Source: Mobula hypostoma (Eukaryota). Taken from it: DNA of 64,000 nt. Shown here piece by piece: positions 12,090 through 24,267 of the stretch. The translations under genes and the position numbers were made by a program. Every line of letters starts with the position of its first letter. Position 1 is the stretch's first letter. The notes beneath the pieces are model-generated. The model had not been told where the DNA came from. It made no database searches and saw nothing but the letters and a program-made list of their open reading frames with translations. The DNA is taken from the NCBI RefSeq assembly GCF_963921235.1, contig NC_086101.1, positions 11,098,001 to 11,162,000 on the forward strand, in the 5' to 3' direction.

Positions 12090-13150
12090 GCCAAAAAGGG
12101 ATGCAGATGTCGAAAAGAGTGGGGCTGGGGATACAGAAGGCCAGAGTTAAACTAGGTGCTCCAAGGTGGAGTCTCATGAAGACGGACAGTGGGACACGAT
12201 GGGGGTCCAAGGAGCAGTACGAGGCCCAAGGTGCACGGCCCAAAACATGTTGTGGTCCTTCTGAGGAGCCGAGAAAGTCTGTGGGGATGTCGGAGCTGGC
12301 AGCTCTTCGTGGCCAGTTACTCTCCACGCAGCAGGCCCAGGAAGAAATACTTCTGTGGGAGTTCTGAGAGCTACGAACCAGCCTTATCAGAGCTCCATCA
12401 CCAGAGATGGGTGTTGACCTGGGAGCACCCACCGCTTCAAGTTTCATTCCTTCTCCAGACTCCTCGGACAGCAGAAGCCCCAAAAATGCTGCTTCCACCA
12501 CCAGCACCCCAGCTCTCCTTGTTATCTGGGCCTCCAGGTATGCAGGCCAGCCCGAACCACCACCACAGGTGCCTTTCCAAGAAAAAGGTTCCTGCAACTG
12601 AGCTAAGACGTGGAGACTTTGCCAACCATTCAGAACCAAAGATTCCAGACATCCAAGATGGACAGGATATGGAGAATTATCTCCTGCAGTTAAAATGGCT
12701 GGCCAAGACGTCCGGGTAGCACATGGAGCAGAGGACTCATCCTACATAGCCAAGGGCGAGGAAGGATTCAGCTTTTACCCTGACCTGAAGGAGGCGCTTC
12801 TGGCAAAATTCGACATATCGCCGGAGACCTATCGACTGTGCTTTTGGGGGAGGTCTGTGCCAGTTGGAGAGTCACCAAAGGAGACCTACCATTGTCTGAA
12901 AGGGCTCGACCAACGCTGGATAAGGCCAGAGGTCCACAGCAAGGAGGAGATCGGGGAATTCATCAACGTTCAGCAGCTGATGCAAGTCTTACTGGGGTAT
13001 GTTTGTACGTGGGTCCAAGAATACAATCCTTTGCTGCGCAGCTGGCCCAGCAGTACATCAACGCCCTGAACGGAGCACCCCTGTCATCTTCTGCTCAGTC
13101 ACAAGAGTGGCGACCACTTGGGGGTAACTCTGGTCCACAAATCAGAGGCA
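12090..13150 (+). pseudogene. Degenerate SCAN-like gag of a Gypsy (Gmr1-like) element
   Basis: ORF 12695..13069 (YPDLKEALLAKFDISPETYRLCF..GESPKETY..RWIRPEVHSKEEIGE..QQLMQVL) resembles retroelement SCAN-type gag and lies directly after the LTR. Confidence 0.7.
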
Positions 13151-13240
13151 CAAGAGACAATGTAAAACCTAAAAATACAAAAAAATAGGTGCAGGAGTAG
13201 GCCATTCAGCCCATCGAGCCTGCACCACCATTCAGTATGC

Positions 13241-16195
13241 TCATGGCTGATCATCCAACTCAGAACCCTGTACCTGCCTTCTCTCCATACTCCCAATCCC
13301 TTTAGCCACAAGGGCCATATCTAACTCCCTCTTAAATATAGCCAATGGACTGGCCTCAACTGTTTCCTGTGGCAGAGAAATCCACAGATTCACCACCCTC
13401 TGTGTGAAGAAGTTTTTCCCAATCTTGGTCCTAAAAGGCTTCCCCTTTATCCTCAAACTGTGACCCCTCGTTCTGGACTTCCCCAACATCTGGAACAATC
13501 TTTCTACTTCTAGCCTGTCCAATCCCATTAGGATTTTACACGTTTCAATAAGATCCCACCTCAATCTTCTAAATTCCACCGAGTAGAAGCCTAGTAGATC
13601 CAGTCTTTCATCATATGAAAGTCCTGCCATCCCAGGAGTCAATCTGGTGAACCTTCTTTGTACTCCCTCTATGGCAAGGATGTCTTTCCTCAGATTAGGG
13701 GACCAAAACTGCACACAATACTCCAGGTGTGGTCTCACCAAGGCCTTGCACAACTGCAGTAGTTCCTCCCTGCTCCTGTACTCGAATCCTCTCGCTATGA
13801 ATGTCAGCATACCATTCGCCTTTTTCACCGCCTGCTGTACCTGCATGCCCACTTTCAATGACTGGTGTATAAGGACACCCAGGTCTCGTTGCACCTCCCC
13901 TTTTTCTAATTGGCCACCATTCAGATGATAATCTGTTTTCCTGTTTTTGTCACCAAAGTGGATAACCTCACATTTATCCACATTAAATTGCATCTGCCAT
14001 GAATTTGCCCACTCACCTAACCTATCCAAGTCACCCTGCATCCTCTCAGCATCCTCCTCACAGCTAACACTGCCACCCAGCTTCGAGTCATCCACAAACT
14101 TGGAGATGCTGCATTTAGTTCCCTCATCTAAGTCATTAATATATATTGTAAAAAACTGGGGTCCCAGCACTGAGCCTTGCAGTACCCCACTAGTCACTGC
14201 CTGCCATTCTGTAAAGGTCCCATTTATTCCCACTCTTTGCTTCCTGTCTGCTAACCAATTCTCTATCCACATCAATACCTTACCCCCAATACCGTGTGCT
14301 TTAAGTTTGCACACTAATCTCCTGTGTGGGACCTTGTCAAAAGCCTTTGGAAAATCCAAATATACCACATTCACTGGTTCTCCCCTATCCACTCTACTAG
14401 TTACATCCTCAAAAAATTCTATGAGATTCGTCAGACATGATTTTCCTTTCACAAATCCATGCTGACTTTGGCCAATGATTTCACCGCTTTCCAAATGTGC
14501 TGTTATCACATCTTTGATAACTGAATCTAGCAGTTTCCCCACCACCAATGTTAGGCTAACCGATCTATAATTCCCCAGTTTCTCTCTCCCTCCTTTTTTA
14601 AAAAGCAGGGTAACATTAGCCACCCTCAAATCCTCAGGAACTAGTCCAGAATCTGAAGAGTTTTGAGAAATCATCACTAATGCATCCACTATTTCTTGGG
14701 CTACTTCCTTAAGCACTCTGGGATGCAGACCATCTGGCCCTGGGGATTTATCTGCCTTTAATCCCTTCAATTTACCTAACACTACTTCCCTACTAACATG
14801 TATTTCCCTCAGTTCCTCCATCTCACTAGACCCTCTGTCCCCTACTATTTCTGGAAGATTATTTATGTCCTCCTCAGTGAAGACAGAACCAAAGTAGTTA
14901 TTCAATTGGTCTGCCATGTCCTTGTTCCCCATAATCAATTCACCTGTTTCTGTCTGTAAGGGATCTACATTTGTCTTAACCAATCTTTTTCTTTTCACAT
15001 ATCTATAAAAGCTTTGACAGTCAGTTTTTATGTTCCCTGCCAGTTTTCTCTCATAATCTCTTTTCCCTTTCCGAATTAAGCCCTTTGTCCTCCTCTGCTG
15101 AACTCTGAATTTCTCCCAGTCCTCAGGTGAGCCGCTTTTTCTGGCTAATTTGTATGTTTCTTCTTTGGAATTGATACTATCCTTAATTTCCCTCATCAGC
15201 CACGGGTGCACTACCTTCCCTGATTTATTCTTTTGCCAAACTGGGATGAACAATTGTTGTAGTTCATCCATGCAATCTTTAAATGCTTGCCATTGCATAT
15301 CCACCATCAACCCTTTAAGTGTCATTTGCCAGTCTATTTTAGCTCGTTCACGCCTCATACCTTCAAAGTTACCCATCTTTAAGTTCAGAACCATTGTTTC
15401 TGAATTAACTATGTCACTCTCCATCTTAATGAAGAATTCCACCAGATTATGGTCACTCTTACCTAAGGGGCCTCTCACGACAAGACTGCTAATTAACCCT
15501 TCCTCATTGCTCAATACCCAATCTTGAATGGCCTGCTCTCTAGTTGGTTCCTCGACATGTTGGTTCAAAAAACCATCCCGCATACATTTCAAGAAATCCT
15601 CTTCCTCAGCACCCTTACCAATTTGGTTCACCCAGTCTGTATGTAGATTGAAGTCACCCATTATAACTGCTGTTCCTTTATTGCACACATTTCTAATTTC
15701 CTGTTTAATGCCATCCCCAACCTCACTACTACTGTTAGGTGGCCTGTACACAACTCCCACCAGTGTTTTATGCCCCTTAGTGTTATGCAGCTCTACCCAT
15801 ATCGATTCCACATCCTCCCGGCTAACGTCCTTCCTTTCTTTTGCGTTAACCTCCTCTCTAACCAGCAACGCCACCCCACCTCCTTTTCTTTCATGTCTAT
15901 CCCTCCTGAATATTGAATATCCCTGAATGTTGAGCTCCCATCCTTGGTCACCCTGGAGCCATGTCTCTGTGATCCCAACTATATCATAATCATTAATAAC
16001 AGTCTGCACTTTTAATTCATCCACCTTATTACGAATGCTCCTTGCATTGACACACAAACCCTTCAGGCTCGCTTTTACAACACTCTTGGCCCTTATACAA
16101 TTATGTTCAAAAGTAGCCCTTTTTGATTTTTGCCTTGGCTTTGCCGGCCTGCCACTTTTACTTTTCACCTTACTACTTTTTGCTTCTACACTCAT
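13241..16195 (-). CDS. CR1 ORF2: APE endonuclease plus reverse transcriptase, open 984 aa
   Basis: Endonuclease motifs ITETW, VVYRPP, MGDFN and SDH. RT motifs YLDFPKAFD, QGSVLGP and KFVDD (family norm KFADD). Confidence 0.93.
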   Translation of the reverse strand: MSVEAKSSKVKSKSGRPAKPRQKSKRATFEHNCIRAKSVVKASLKGLCVNARSIRNKVDELKVQTVINDYDIVGITETWLQGDQGWELNIQGYSIFRRDRHERKGGGVALLVREEVNAKERKDVSREDVESIWVELHNTKGHKTLVGVVYRPPNSSSEVGDGIKQEIRNVCNKGTAVIMGDFNLHTDWVNQIGKGAEEEDFLKCMRDGFLNQHVEEPTREQAIQDWVLSNEEGLISSLVVRGPLGKSDHNLVEFFIKMESDIVNSETMVLNLKMGNFEGMRRERAKIDWQMTLKGLMVDMQWQAFKDCMDELQQLFIPVWQKNKSGKVVHPWLMREIKDSINSKEETYKLARKSGSPEDWEKFRVQQRRTKGLIRKGKRDYERKLAGNIKTDCQSFYRYVKRKRLVKTNVDPLQTETGELIMGNKDMADQLNNYFGSVFTEEDINNLPEIVGDRGSSEMEELREIHVSREVVLGKLKGLKADKSPGPDGLHPRVLKEVAQEIVDALVMISQNSSDSGLVPEDLRVANVTLLFKKGGREKLGNYRSVSLTLVVGKLLDSVIKDVITAHLESGEIIGQSQHGFVKGKSCLTNLIEFFEDVTSRVDRGEPVNVVYLDFPKAFDKVPHRRLVCKLKAHGIGGKVLMWIENWLADRKQRVGINGTFTEWQAVTSGVLQGSVLGPQFFTIYINDLDEGTKCSISKFVDDSKLGGSVSCEEDAERMQGDLDRLGEWANSWQMQFNVDKCEVIHFGDKNRKTDYHLNGGQLEKGEVQRDLGVLIHQSLKVGMQVQQAVKKANGMLTFIARGFEYRSREELLQLCKALVRPHLEYCVQFWSPNLRKDILAIEGVQRRFTRLTPGMAGLSYDERLDLLGFYSVEFRRLRWDLIETCKILMGLDRLEVERLFQMLGKSRTRGHSLRIKGKPFRTKIGKNFFTQRVVNLWISLPQETVEASPLAIFKRELDMALVAKGIGSMERRQVQGSELDDQP

Positions 16196-16297
16196 TTTAC
16201 ACCCCTCTGTCTCTCTGCACTTGCTCCCATCCCCCTGTTGTGAACTAACCTCCTCTCTCCTAGTCTTTTCAATTTGATTCCCACCCCCCCAACCATT

Positions 16298-17200
16298 CTA
16301 GTTTAAAGTCACCTCAGTAGCCCTCGCAAATCTCCCCGCCAGGATATTGGTCCCCCTAGGATTCAAGTGTAACCCGTCCTTTTTGTACAGGTCACACCTG
16401 CGCCAAAAGAGGTCCCAATGATCCAAAAACTTGAATCCCTGCCCCCTGCTCCAATCCCTTAGCCACACATTTATCCTCCACCTCATTCATTCCTACTCTC
16501 ACTGTCGCATAGCACAGGCAGTAATCCCGAGATTACTACCTTTGCAGTCCTTTTTCTCAACCCCCTTCCTAACTCCCTATATTCTCCTTTCAGGACCCCT
16601 TCCCTTTTCCTACCTATGTCATTGGTACCTATATGTACTACGACCTCTGGCTCCTCACTCTCCCACTTCAGGACATCTACCATCCGGGTCTCTGGACTGC
16701 ATCCACAGAATCGCCTATCTGACCCCCTTACTATCGAGTCCCCTATTACCACTGCCCTCCTCTTCCTCTCCCTACCCTTCTGAGCTACAGGGCCAGACTC
16801 TTTGCCAGAGGCACGGCCACTGTCACTTCCCCCAGGTAAGCTGTCCCCCTAAACAGTACTCAAACAGGAGTACCTATTGTCAAGGGGCACAGCCACTGGG
16901 ATACTCTCTACTACCCGACTCTTCCTCTTCCCCCTCCTAACCATGACCCACTTGTCTGCCTTCCGTGGTCCCGGTGTGACCACCTGCCTGTAACTCCTCT
17001 CTATCAACTCCTCACTCTCCCTGACCAGACGAAGGTCATTGAGCTGCAGCTCCAGTTCCCTAACGTGGTCCCTTAGGAGCTGCATCTCGGCGCACCTGGC
17101 GCAGATGTGGACGTCTGGGAGGCTGGGAGACTCCAGGACCTCTCACATCCAGCACCGAGAACAACAAACTGCCCTCACACTCATACTGCCCCTCTCCTAA
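16298..17200 (-). pseudogene. CR1 ORF1 with SGNH/GDSL esterase domain, frameshifted
   Basis: VIGDSIVRG, HIGTND and DGLHLN motifs are split across ORFs 16849..17085, 16483..16752 and 16298..16486. Confidence 0.85.
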
Positions 17201-17439
17201 AATAACAACAAAAAATGAATACCAAACCTTTCTCGCCTCATCCGTTTCTGCCTAAGCCCTTTGAGCCGAAGCCCCTAAGCTTTCACTCTGCTCCCGGCTC
17301 ATTCCGCAGCCCGCAAACTCCACTGCCCGCTATATAAGGCTCTGTTCCTTTTAAATCTTCCGCGCTTCACAGCCTGACGTCACACGCTGGCACAGTCCCG
17401 CCTCTCTGAACGCCGATGGAAAAAAACCCCCAAAAATCA

Positions 17440-17734
17440 TGTTTTCCCCTATTCCTTCTTCACCTTTCCTGCCTATCACCTCCCTGCTTCCCCTCCCCGA
17501 TCCCTTTATCTTTCCCCTTACTGGTTTTACACCTGGAATCTACCAGCCTTCTCCTTCCCACCCTCCCCCCACCTTCTTTATAGGACCTCTGCCCCTTCGC
17601 TCTACAGTCCTGATGAAGGGTTCCGGCCCGAAACATCGACTCATCGTTTCCATGGATGCTGCCTGACCTTCTGAGTTCCTCCAGCGTGATGTGAGGGTGC
17701 TTTGACCCCAGCATCTGCAGATTATTTAGTATTT
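17440..17734 (+). mobile_element. Penelope-type 3' end fragment
   Basis: cctgatgaagggttccggcccgaaacatcgac..gatgctgcctgacc matches the 3' end of the Penelope element at 26630-26730. Confidence 0.75.
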
Positions 17735-17839
17735 ACCCTACACAGGCAGATTTTAAACCCTCAGTTTGGCTTTGCTGAGAGGTGTGAGGGTTGGATTTGA
17801 CAGTTGGTGAATAGTTTATTTGGAGAAAGTTTCCATATA

Positions 17840-19453
17840 CAATGGCATGCAAATGTTTGGACACCCTGGTCAAAATTTCTGTTATTGTGAGTAGTTAAGT
17901 GAGTAGAAGATGAACTGATCTCCAAAAGTCATAAAGTTAAAGATGAAATATTCTTTTCATCATTTTAAGCAAGATTAATTTTTTTTTCTACAATTTTAGA
18001 GTGAAAAAAAGGACAGGAGCACCATGCAAAAGTCTGGGCACCCCAAAAGATTTGAGCTCTCAGATAACTTTTACCAAGGTCTCAGACCTTAATTCACTTG
18101 TTAGTGCTATGGCTTGTTCACAGTCATCATTATGAAAGGCCAGGTGATGCAAATTTCAAAGCTTTATAAATACACTGACTCCTCAAACCTTGTCCCAATA
18201 ATCAGCAGCTATGGGCTCCTCTAAGCAGCTGCCAAACACTCTGAAAATTAAAATTAAAATTAAAATAAATGATGCCCACAAAGCAGGAGAAGGCTATAAG
18301 AAGACAGAAAGCGTTTTCAGGTAGCCATTTCCTCAGTTTGTAATGTAATTAATAAATGGCAGTTAACAGGAACGGTGGAGGTCAAGTTGAGGTCCGGAAG
18401 ACCAAGAAAACTTTCCGAGAGAACTGCTCATAGGATTGCTAGAAAGGCAAATCAAAACCTCCGTTTGACTGCAAAAGACCTTCAGGAAGATTTAGCATTC
18501 TCTGGAGTGGTGGTGCACTGTTCTACTGTGCAGCGACACCTGCACAAATATGACCTTCATGGAAGAGTCATCAGAAGAAAACCTTTCCTGCATCCTCACC
18601 ACAAAATTCAGCGTCAGAAGTTTGCAAAGGAAAATCCAAACAAGACTAATGCATTTTCGAAACAAATCCTGTGGACTGATGATATAGAACTTTTTGACCG
18701 CAATGAGCAAAGGTATGTTTGGAGAAAAAGGGTGCGGAATTTCATGAAAAGAGCACCTCTCCAACTGTTAAGCACAGGGGTGGATCGATCATGCTTTGGG
18801 TTTGCGTTGCAGCCAGTGGCACGGGGAACATTTCACTGGTAGAGGGAAGAATGAATTCAATTATATACCAGCAAATTCTGGAAGCAAACATCACACCGTC
18901 TGTAAAAAAGCTGAAGATGAAAAGAGGATGGCTTCTGCAACAGGATAATGATCCTAAACACACCTCAAAAACAATGGACGACCTCAAGAGGCGCAAGCTG
19001 AAGGTTTTGCCATGGCCCTCACAGTCCCCCGACCTAAACATCATCGAGAATCTGTGGATAGACCTCAAAAGAGTAGTGCATGCAAGATGGCCCAAGAATC
19101 TCACAGAACTAGAAGCCTTTTACAAGGAAGAATGGGCAAAAATCCCCCAAACAAGAATTGAAAGACTCTTAGCTGGCTACAGAAAGTGTTTACAAGCTGT
19201 GATACTTGCCAAAGGGGGTGTTACTAAGTACCGCCATGCAGGGTGCCCAAACTTTTGCTTCGGGCTCTTTTCCTTTTTTGTTATTTTGAAACTGTAAAAG
19301 ATGGAAATTAAAAAAAAATCTTGCTTAAAATATTAAAGAAATGTGTCATCTTTAACTTTATGCCTTTTGGAAATCAGGTCATCTTTTACTTGCTTAGCTA
19401 TTCACAGTAACAGAAATTTTGACCAGGGGTGCCCAAACTTTTGCATGCCACTG
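17840..19453 (+). mobile_element. Tc1/mariner DNA transposon, 1614 bp, IR/DR-type long terminal inverted repeats
   Basis: TA flanks at 17838-17839 and 19454-19455. About 200-bp inverted termini carry the repeated motif gcaaaagtttgggcaccc. Confidence 0.95.
18211..19233 (+). pseudogene. Tc1 transposase, frameshifted
   Basis: MGSSKQLP start, GRPRKLS, WTD, QQDNDPKHT and SPDLNIIENLW are split over several frames. The second-D-to-E spacing is 33, one short of DD34E. Confidence 0.92.
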
Positions 19454-19699
19454 TAATTGTAAATTTTTGTACATTTGCCTTCATTTGACTATTTGTAAAT
19501 AATTTTTTTTCACAGCTTTTGGGCTGCTTCAGTCTTTTTTCAACTGGCACTAAATAAAACCTTTTGCACCAATATGCTGTTGACACTTACCCTCTGTTTT
19601 TTTTCCAACTGGTGACCCTTGTCGGGCAGCTTACCCACACCTGATAGCGAGGTGTGACAAACTATTTTGTACTATTTTGCACTTGAGTACAGGAAATTA

Positions 19700-20660
19700 C
19701 ATGTTGAATCTGAATCTGAAACTTAGTGCCTTCCACTCTGAAGACTGCCCAAAAATACTTGCTGAGCTCGTCTACCACTTCTTTGACCCCCTCTCCCGTC
19801 TCTCTCCCCACCATTACTGACCCTGCAGCTTCATTTTCTAGCAGTCCAGTATCCACTCTATCCTCTCTGTTACTCATTATATATCTGAATAATCTTCCAG
19901 TCTCCCCTTTCATCTTATCAGCTAGCATAACTTCATATTTCATCTTTTCTCTTCTCATTGCTTTTTCAGTTGCCTTCTCTTGTTTTTTTAAAAAAATCCC
20001 AATCCTCTAGCTTTCCTCTATTGTTTGCTACATTATATGCAGCATCCATCATCAGGGACCCCCACCACCCAGATCCAACTCTCTTCATGCTGTTTCCATC
20101 AGGAAGAAGATACAGAAGCTTCAGGACTCACACCACCAGGCTGAGGATCAATTATTACCTCTCAACAATCAGGCTCTTGAACCAAAGTGGGTAATTTCAC
20201 TTGCCCCATCTTTGAAATGCTCCCCACAACCTACGGGATCAACTTCAAGGACTCTTCATCTCATGTTCTCAGTATTTGTCATTTATTTATTTATTTATCT
20301 ATCTATCTATCTATCTTTTTGAATTTGCACAGCTTGTTGTCTTTTGCTCCACGGTTGAACACCCAAGTTGGAGTGGTCTTTCATTCATTCTTTATGGCTA
20401 TTATTTTTTTTGAGATACAGTGTGCAATAGGCCCTTTTGGCCCTTTGAGCCTCGCTACCCATCAATCCCCCAATTTAATCCCAGCCAAATCATGGTACAA
20501 GTTACAATGACCAATTAGTCTATCAACTAGTTAATCTTTGGACGGTAGGTGGAAACCAGAGCACCTGGAGGAAACCCACATAGTCATGAGGAGAACACAC
20601 AACTCCTTGTACGTGGGTCGACTAGACTGTAAAGTGTTGTGCTAACCACAATGCCAGTGT
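19700..20660. mobile_element. Stack of old fragments: CR1 (-), Rex1/Babar 3' end (+), HE1/V-SINE-like (-)
   Basis: 19700-20035 is a CR1 linker. 20036-20400 encodes IIRDPHHP..LFPSGRRYRS. 20410-20660 contains ggaaaccagagcacctggaggaaacccac. Confidence 0.65.
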
Positions 20661-20989
20661 GCCTATGATGGATTTATTGAGTATGCCTGCAGGAAAATGA
20701 AAGTCAAGTTTGCATGTGGTGACATATAATAATTTTGATCATAAATTTACTTTGAACATGTTTCAGCACCATTCAGCCAGGTACCTTGTGTCACTCCTGT
20801 ACACTGACTCATCACCAGCTGTGATTCGACCAGTGATATAATTTGCAAACTTGTATAAAGTTGTGTGAGGAGCCATTTCAAAGAAACTTCTGTTTTCCAG
20901 CCTCGCTGACAGGCTCTGTGACCACAGACTCCGCCTCTGAACTTGAGTTTTATCAGACTTTGATTTTCAACAGTAAAACAGACGGGTCC

Positions 20990-21990
20990 TCAGGGGTAAT
21001 AAACACACACAAACCCCTGGAGGAACTCAGCAGGTCAGGCAACATCTACGGAAAGTGTACAGTCAACGTTCCGGGCCTAAACGCTTCAGTTGGACTGGGA
21101 AAAAACCCGAGAAGTAGCTTTAAGTGGGGGTGGGGAGGGAGAGAGACACCAGGTGATAGGTGAAACCAGAAGGGGGAGGGATGAAGTAAAGAGCTGGGAC
21201 AGTGATTGGTGAAGGAGACAGAAGGGATAGAAGAAATAAAAGTGGGGAGGGGTGCCAGAGGGAGGCGATGGGTGTGTAAAGAGAAAAGGTGAGAGGGGGA
21301 AAAGGTGAAGGGGAGGTGGGGAGTAGGTTATTATCAGAAGTTTGAGAAATCAATGTTCATGCCATCAGGTTGGAGGCTCCCCAAACAGAATATAAAGTGT
21401 TGTTCCTCCAACCTAAGTGTGGCCTCATCACAATAGTGGAGGAGGTCATCGATGGACATATCGGAATAGGAATGGGATGTGGAATTAAAATGGGTGGCCA
21501 CTGGGAGATCCTGCTTTTTCTGGCTGACAGAACAGAGGTGCTTGGTGTCGGGTCTCACTGATTTACAGGAGCCCACACTTGGAGCACCGGACACAGTACA
21601 TGACCCCAACAGACTCACAGGTGAAGTATCACCTCACCAAGAAGGACTGTTTAGGGCCCTGAATAGTAATGAGGGAGGAGGTGTAGGGGCAGGTGTAGCA
21701 CTTGTTCCGCTTGCAAGGATAAGTGCCAGGAGGGAGATCAGTGGGGAGGGACAAATGCACAAGGAAGTCGCACAGGGAGGGGTCCCCACAGAAAACAGAA
21801 AGTGAGTTAAAAAGGTGGGAGGAGGGGCAAGAGAAACACAAGGTGACAGATGAAACCGGGAGAGGGAGGGGTGAAGGAGCTGGGAAATTGGTGAAAGAAA
21901 TACAGGATTAGAGAAAGGGAAATCTAACGGAGAGGGCAGAAGGCCATGGAAGAAAGAAAAGGGGAAGGAGCACAAGAGGGAGTTGTTAGG
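20990..21990 (-). mobile_element. Degenerate Penelope 3' portion with GIY-YIG remnants
   Basis: ORF 21334..21618 (KQDLPVATHFN..EATLRLEEQHFIFCLGSLQPDGMNIDFSNF) matches 26013..26339. Confidence 0.85.
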
Positions 21991-22029
21991 CTGGTATTGT
22001 CCTCTCCAATCCCCTACACAGTTTCACCC

Positions 22030-22465
22030 TCTTCGTCCCGCCTATTCAACTGCATCCATTTTGCAGGAAACTTTTTCCTCTGGCTGCTGCCGTGACGCCG
22101 ACTTTGTGGTGCTCCTGAACAAGAAAGTTCTGCTCTGAGGTCGCTTACTCCACGTTACTGCTGAGCGCTCGTTACAAACTTCCCCACAAGGAGTGGGGAG
22201 GGAGTTCTGCGTGAGGAAGCTAATCGGGTGAGTGGGGCTCGGGAACATGTCACCGCACGGGAGCCACCCGGACAAAGTGGGTCACTTTCCTCTTTCCTAG
22301 CGCAGTCAGTGAGGGGGAGACCCGCCGCTACCGGCCGGCTCACGGCCCCGAAATTGGCTCCGCCTCGTTGTTGTTGCCGGAGCCGGAACGGCGAACCCGT
22401 CTGCTCTGGAGAATCGGGAGAGCGAGGGCTAGGCGGGTCGGGGAGGTGGAAGTCCTTAAGACCCT
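22030..22465 (+). promoter_or_regulatory. CpG-rich island with a candidate non-coding first exon (donor after 22227)
   Basis: Locally dense CpG in a CpG-poor window, GC-box-like CCCGCC near 22037, ATTGG and CCGGAA motifs, and a strong donor CGG/GTGAGT at 22225-22233. There is no ATG in 22050-22227. Confidence 0.55.
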
Positions 22466-24267
22466 AAGACAAAGGAGCAGAATCCATCATGGGTGATCCT
22501 GGATCCCACTGAACCCCATAAACCAGCCTTCTCGCCGGACCCTTTGATGTCCTGATCAATTAGGAAACTATCAGCTTCCGCCTTTAATATACCCACGGAC
22601 TTGGCCCCCACGGCAGCCTGTGACAGAGCATTCCAGAGATTCGCTACTCTCTGGCTATTAAAACAATTCCTCCTTGTGTCCGTTCTGAAAAGTCGCCCCT
22701 CAGTTTTGAGGCTGAGCCCTCCCTAGCGTTCTGGATACGCCCGTCACTGAACATCCTCTCCGCACCCACTTTATCTGGTCATTATCACATTCGGTAGTTT
22801 TCAATGAGATCCCCTCTCCCCTCATTCTTCTAAATTCCAGTGGGTCCGGCTCAAAGCTGCCAGACGCTCCTTGTATGTTAACCCCTTCATTCCCGGAATC
22901 ATCCTCCTGAACCTCCTCTGGACTCTCGCCAATAACAACCCATTCTTTCTGAGGTATGGGGCCCAAAACTGTTGGCAATACTCCAAGTGCAGCCTGCCCA
23001 GTGTCGTATAAAGCCTCAGCATTATCTCCTTGTTTTTGCATTGTATTCCCCTTGAAATGAATAACAACATTTCATTTGCCTTCTTTACCACAAACGAACC
23101 TGTAAGTTAACATTCCGGGAGTCTTGCATGAGGACTCCTAAGGCCCTTTGCACTTCTGATGTTTGAATTTTCTCCCCATTCAGATAATAGTTTGCACCTT
23201 TGTTCATTTTACCAAAATGCAGTATCATACATTTCCCAGCACTGTATTCCATCTGCCACTTTTTTGCCCATTCTTCCAATTTGTCCAAGTCCTTCTGCAA
23301 TCTCATTGCTTCCTGGGCACTACCTACCCCTTCACCTACTTCTGTATCATCTGCAAACTTTGCCACAGAGCCATCAATTCCATTATCTAAATCACTGGCA
23401 AACAATGTGAAAAGTAGCGGTCCCAATACTGATCCCTGAGGAATACCACTAGTCACTGGCAGCCGACCAGAAAAGGTCCCCTTTGTTCCCATTCACTGTC
23501 TCCTGTCTGTCAGCCATTCCTCTATGTATGTCAGTATCTTTCCTGCAATGCTATGGGATTTTATCTTGTTAAGCAGCCTCATATGTGGCGCCTTATCAAA
23601 TATTTTCTGAAAATTCCTGTAAGTAACATCCACTGCCTCTCATTTGTCCACCCTGCTTGTTACTTCCTCAATGAACTCTTAACAGATTTGTTAGCAAAGA
23701 TTTCCCTTTACAGAAATCATGCTGATGTTGACTTATTTTATCATTAGTCTCCAAGTACCCTGAAACCGCATTCTTAATAATGAACTCAAATACTTACCCA
23801 GCAACTGAGGTTAATCTAACTGGCCTATCATTTCCTTTTTTTTTGTCTTCCTCCCTTCTGAAAGAGTGGAGTAACATTTGCAATTTTTTGTTCCTCTGCA
23901 ACCATGCCAGTATAAAGTGATTCTTGAAAGATTCCAGCCTTGAACTCCAGGCCGGGTCTTTATGTGCTGCTATTGTGACTCCCGTCTCCCCTTCCCCCAC
24001 CACCACTCTGCAACCCTGTCTCCTTCAGGTCCCATCGTCAGCTCCTGGGTCCTCAGAGGCTCCATCTTCCTCTCACCCCAACCCTCCCCTCTCCATTGAC
24101 ACCCCCAGCCTCCCCCTCCCCTCTCTGATCCCAGCTCTCATCCGTGCCGGGTCTTTACCATCCCCTCCGACCTTCAACTGTCAGAGGCAGAACGCTCTGT
24201 CCTCAGTAAGGGCCTCACCTTTGTCCCCCTTCGCCCACACCTCAGCGAGTTCCGCATTCACCATGAT

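Larger units (their letters stand above)
13165..17430 (-). mobile_element. Near-full-length CR1 LINE (5' UTR, ORF1, ORF2, 3' UTR)
   Basis: ORF1 remnants with a Cys motif and leucine zipper plus esterase, an uninterrupted ORF2, and a CR1 3' UTR ending near 13165. Confidence 0.95.
17735..19659 (+). mobile_element. Second copy of the 11750-12085 LTR, interrupted by Tc1
   Basis: The segments either side of the Tc1 align with LTR 11750-12085 (roughly 75-80% by eye) and end in TGTGACA at 19659. Confidence 0.7.

Noticed and set aside
13647-15926. Several + strand ORFs of 90-170 aa opposite CR1 ORF2
   Set aside because: Antisense shadows of a long open frame. The same shadows recur opposite every CR1 copy.
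22042-22467. Short ORFs across the CpG island as coding exons
   Set aside because: They begin at non-ATG or weak starts, have no recognisable domain, and GC-rich sequence is naturally poor in stop codons.
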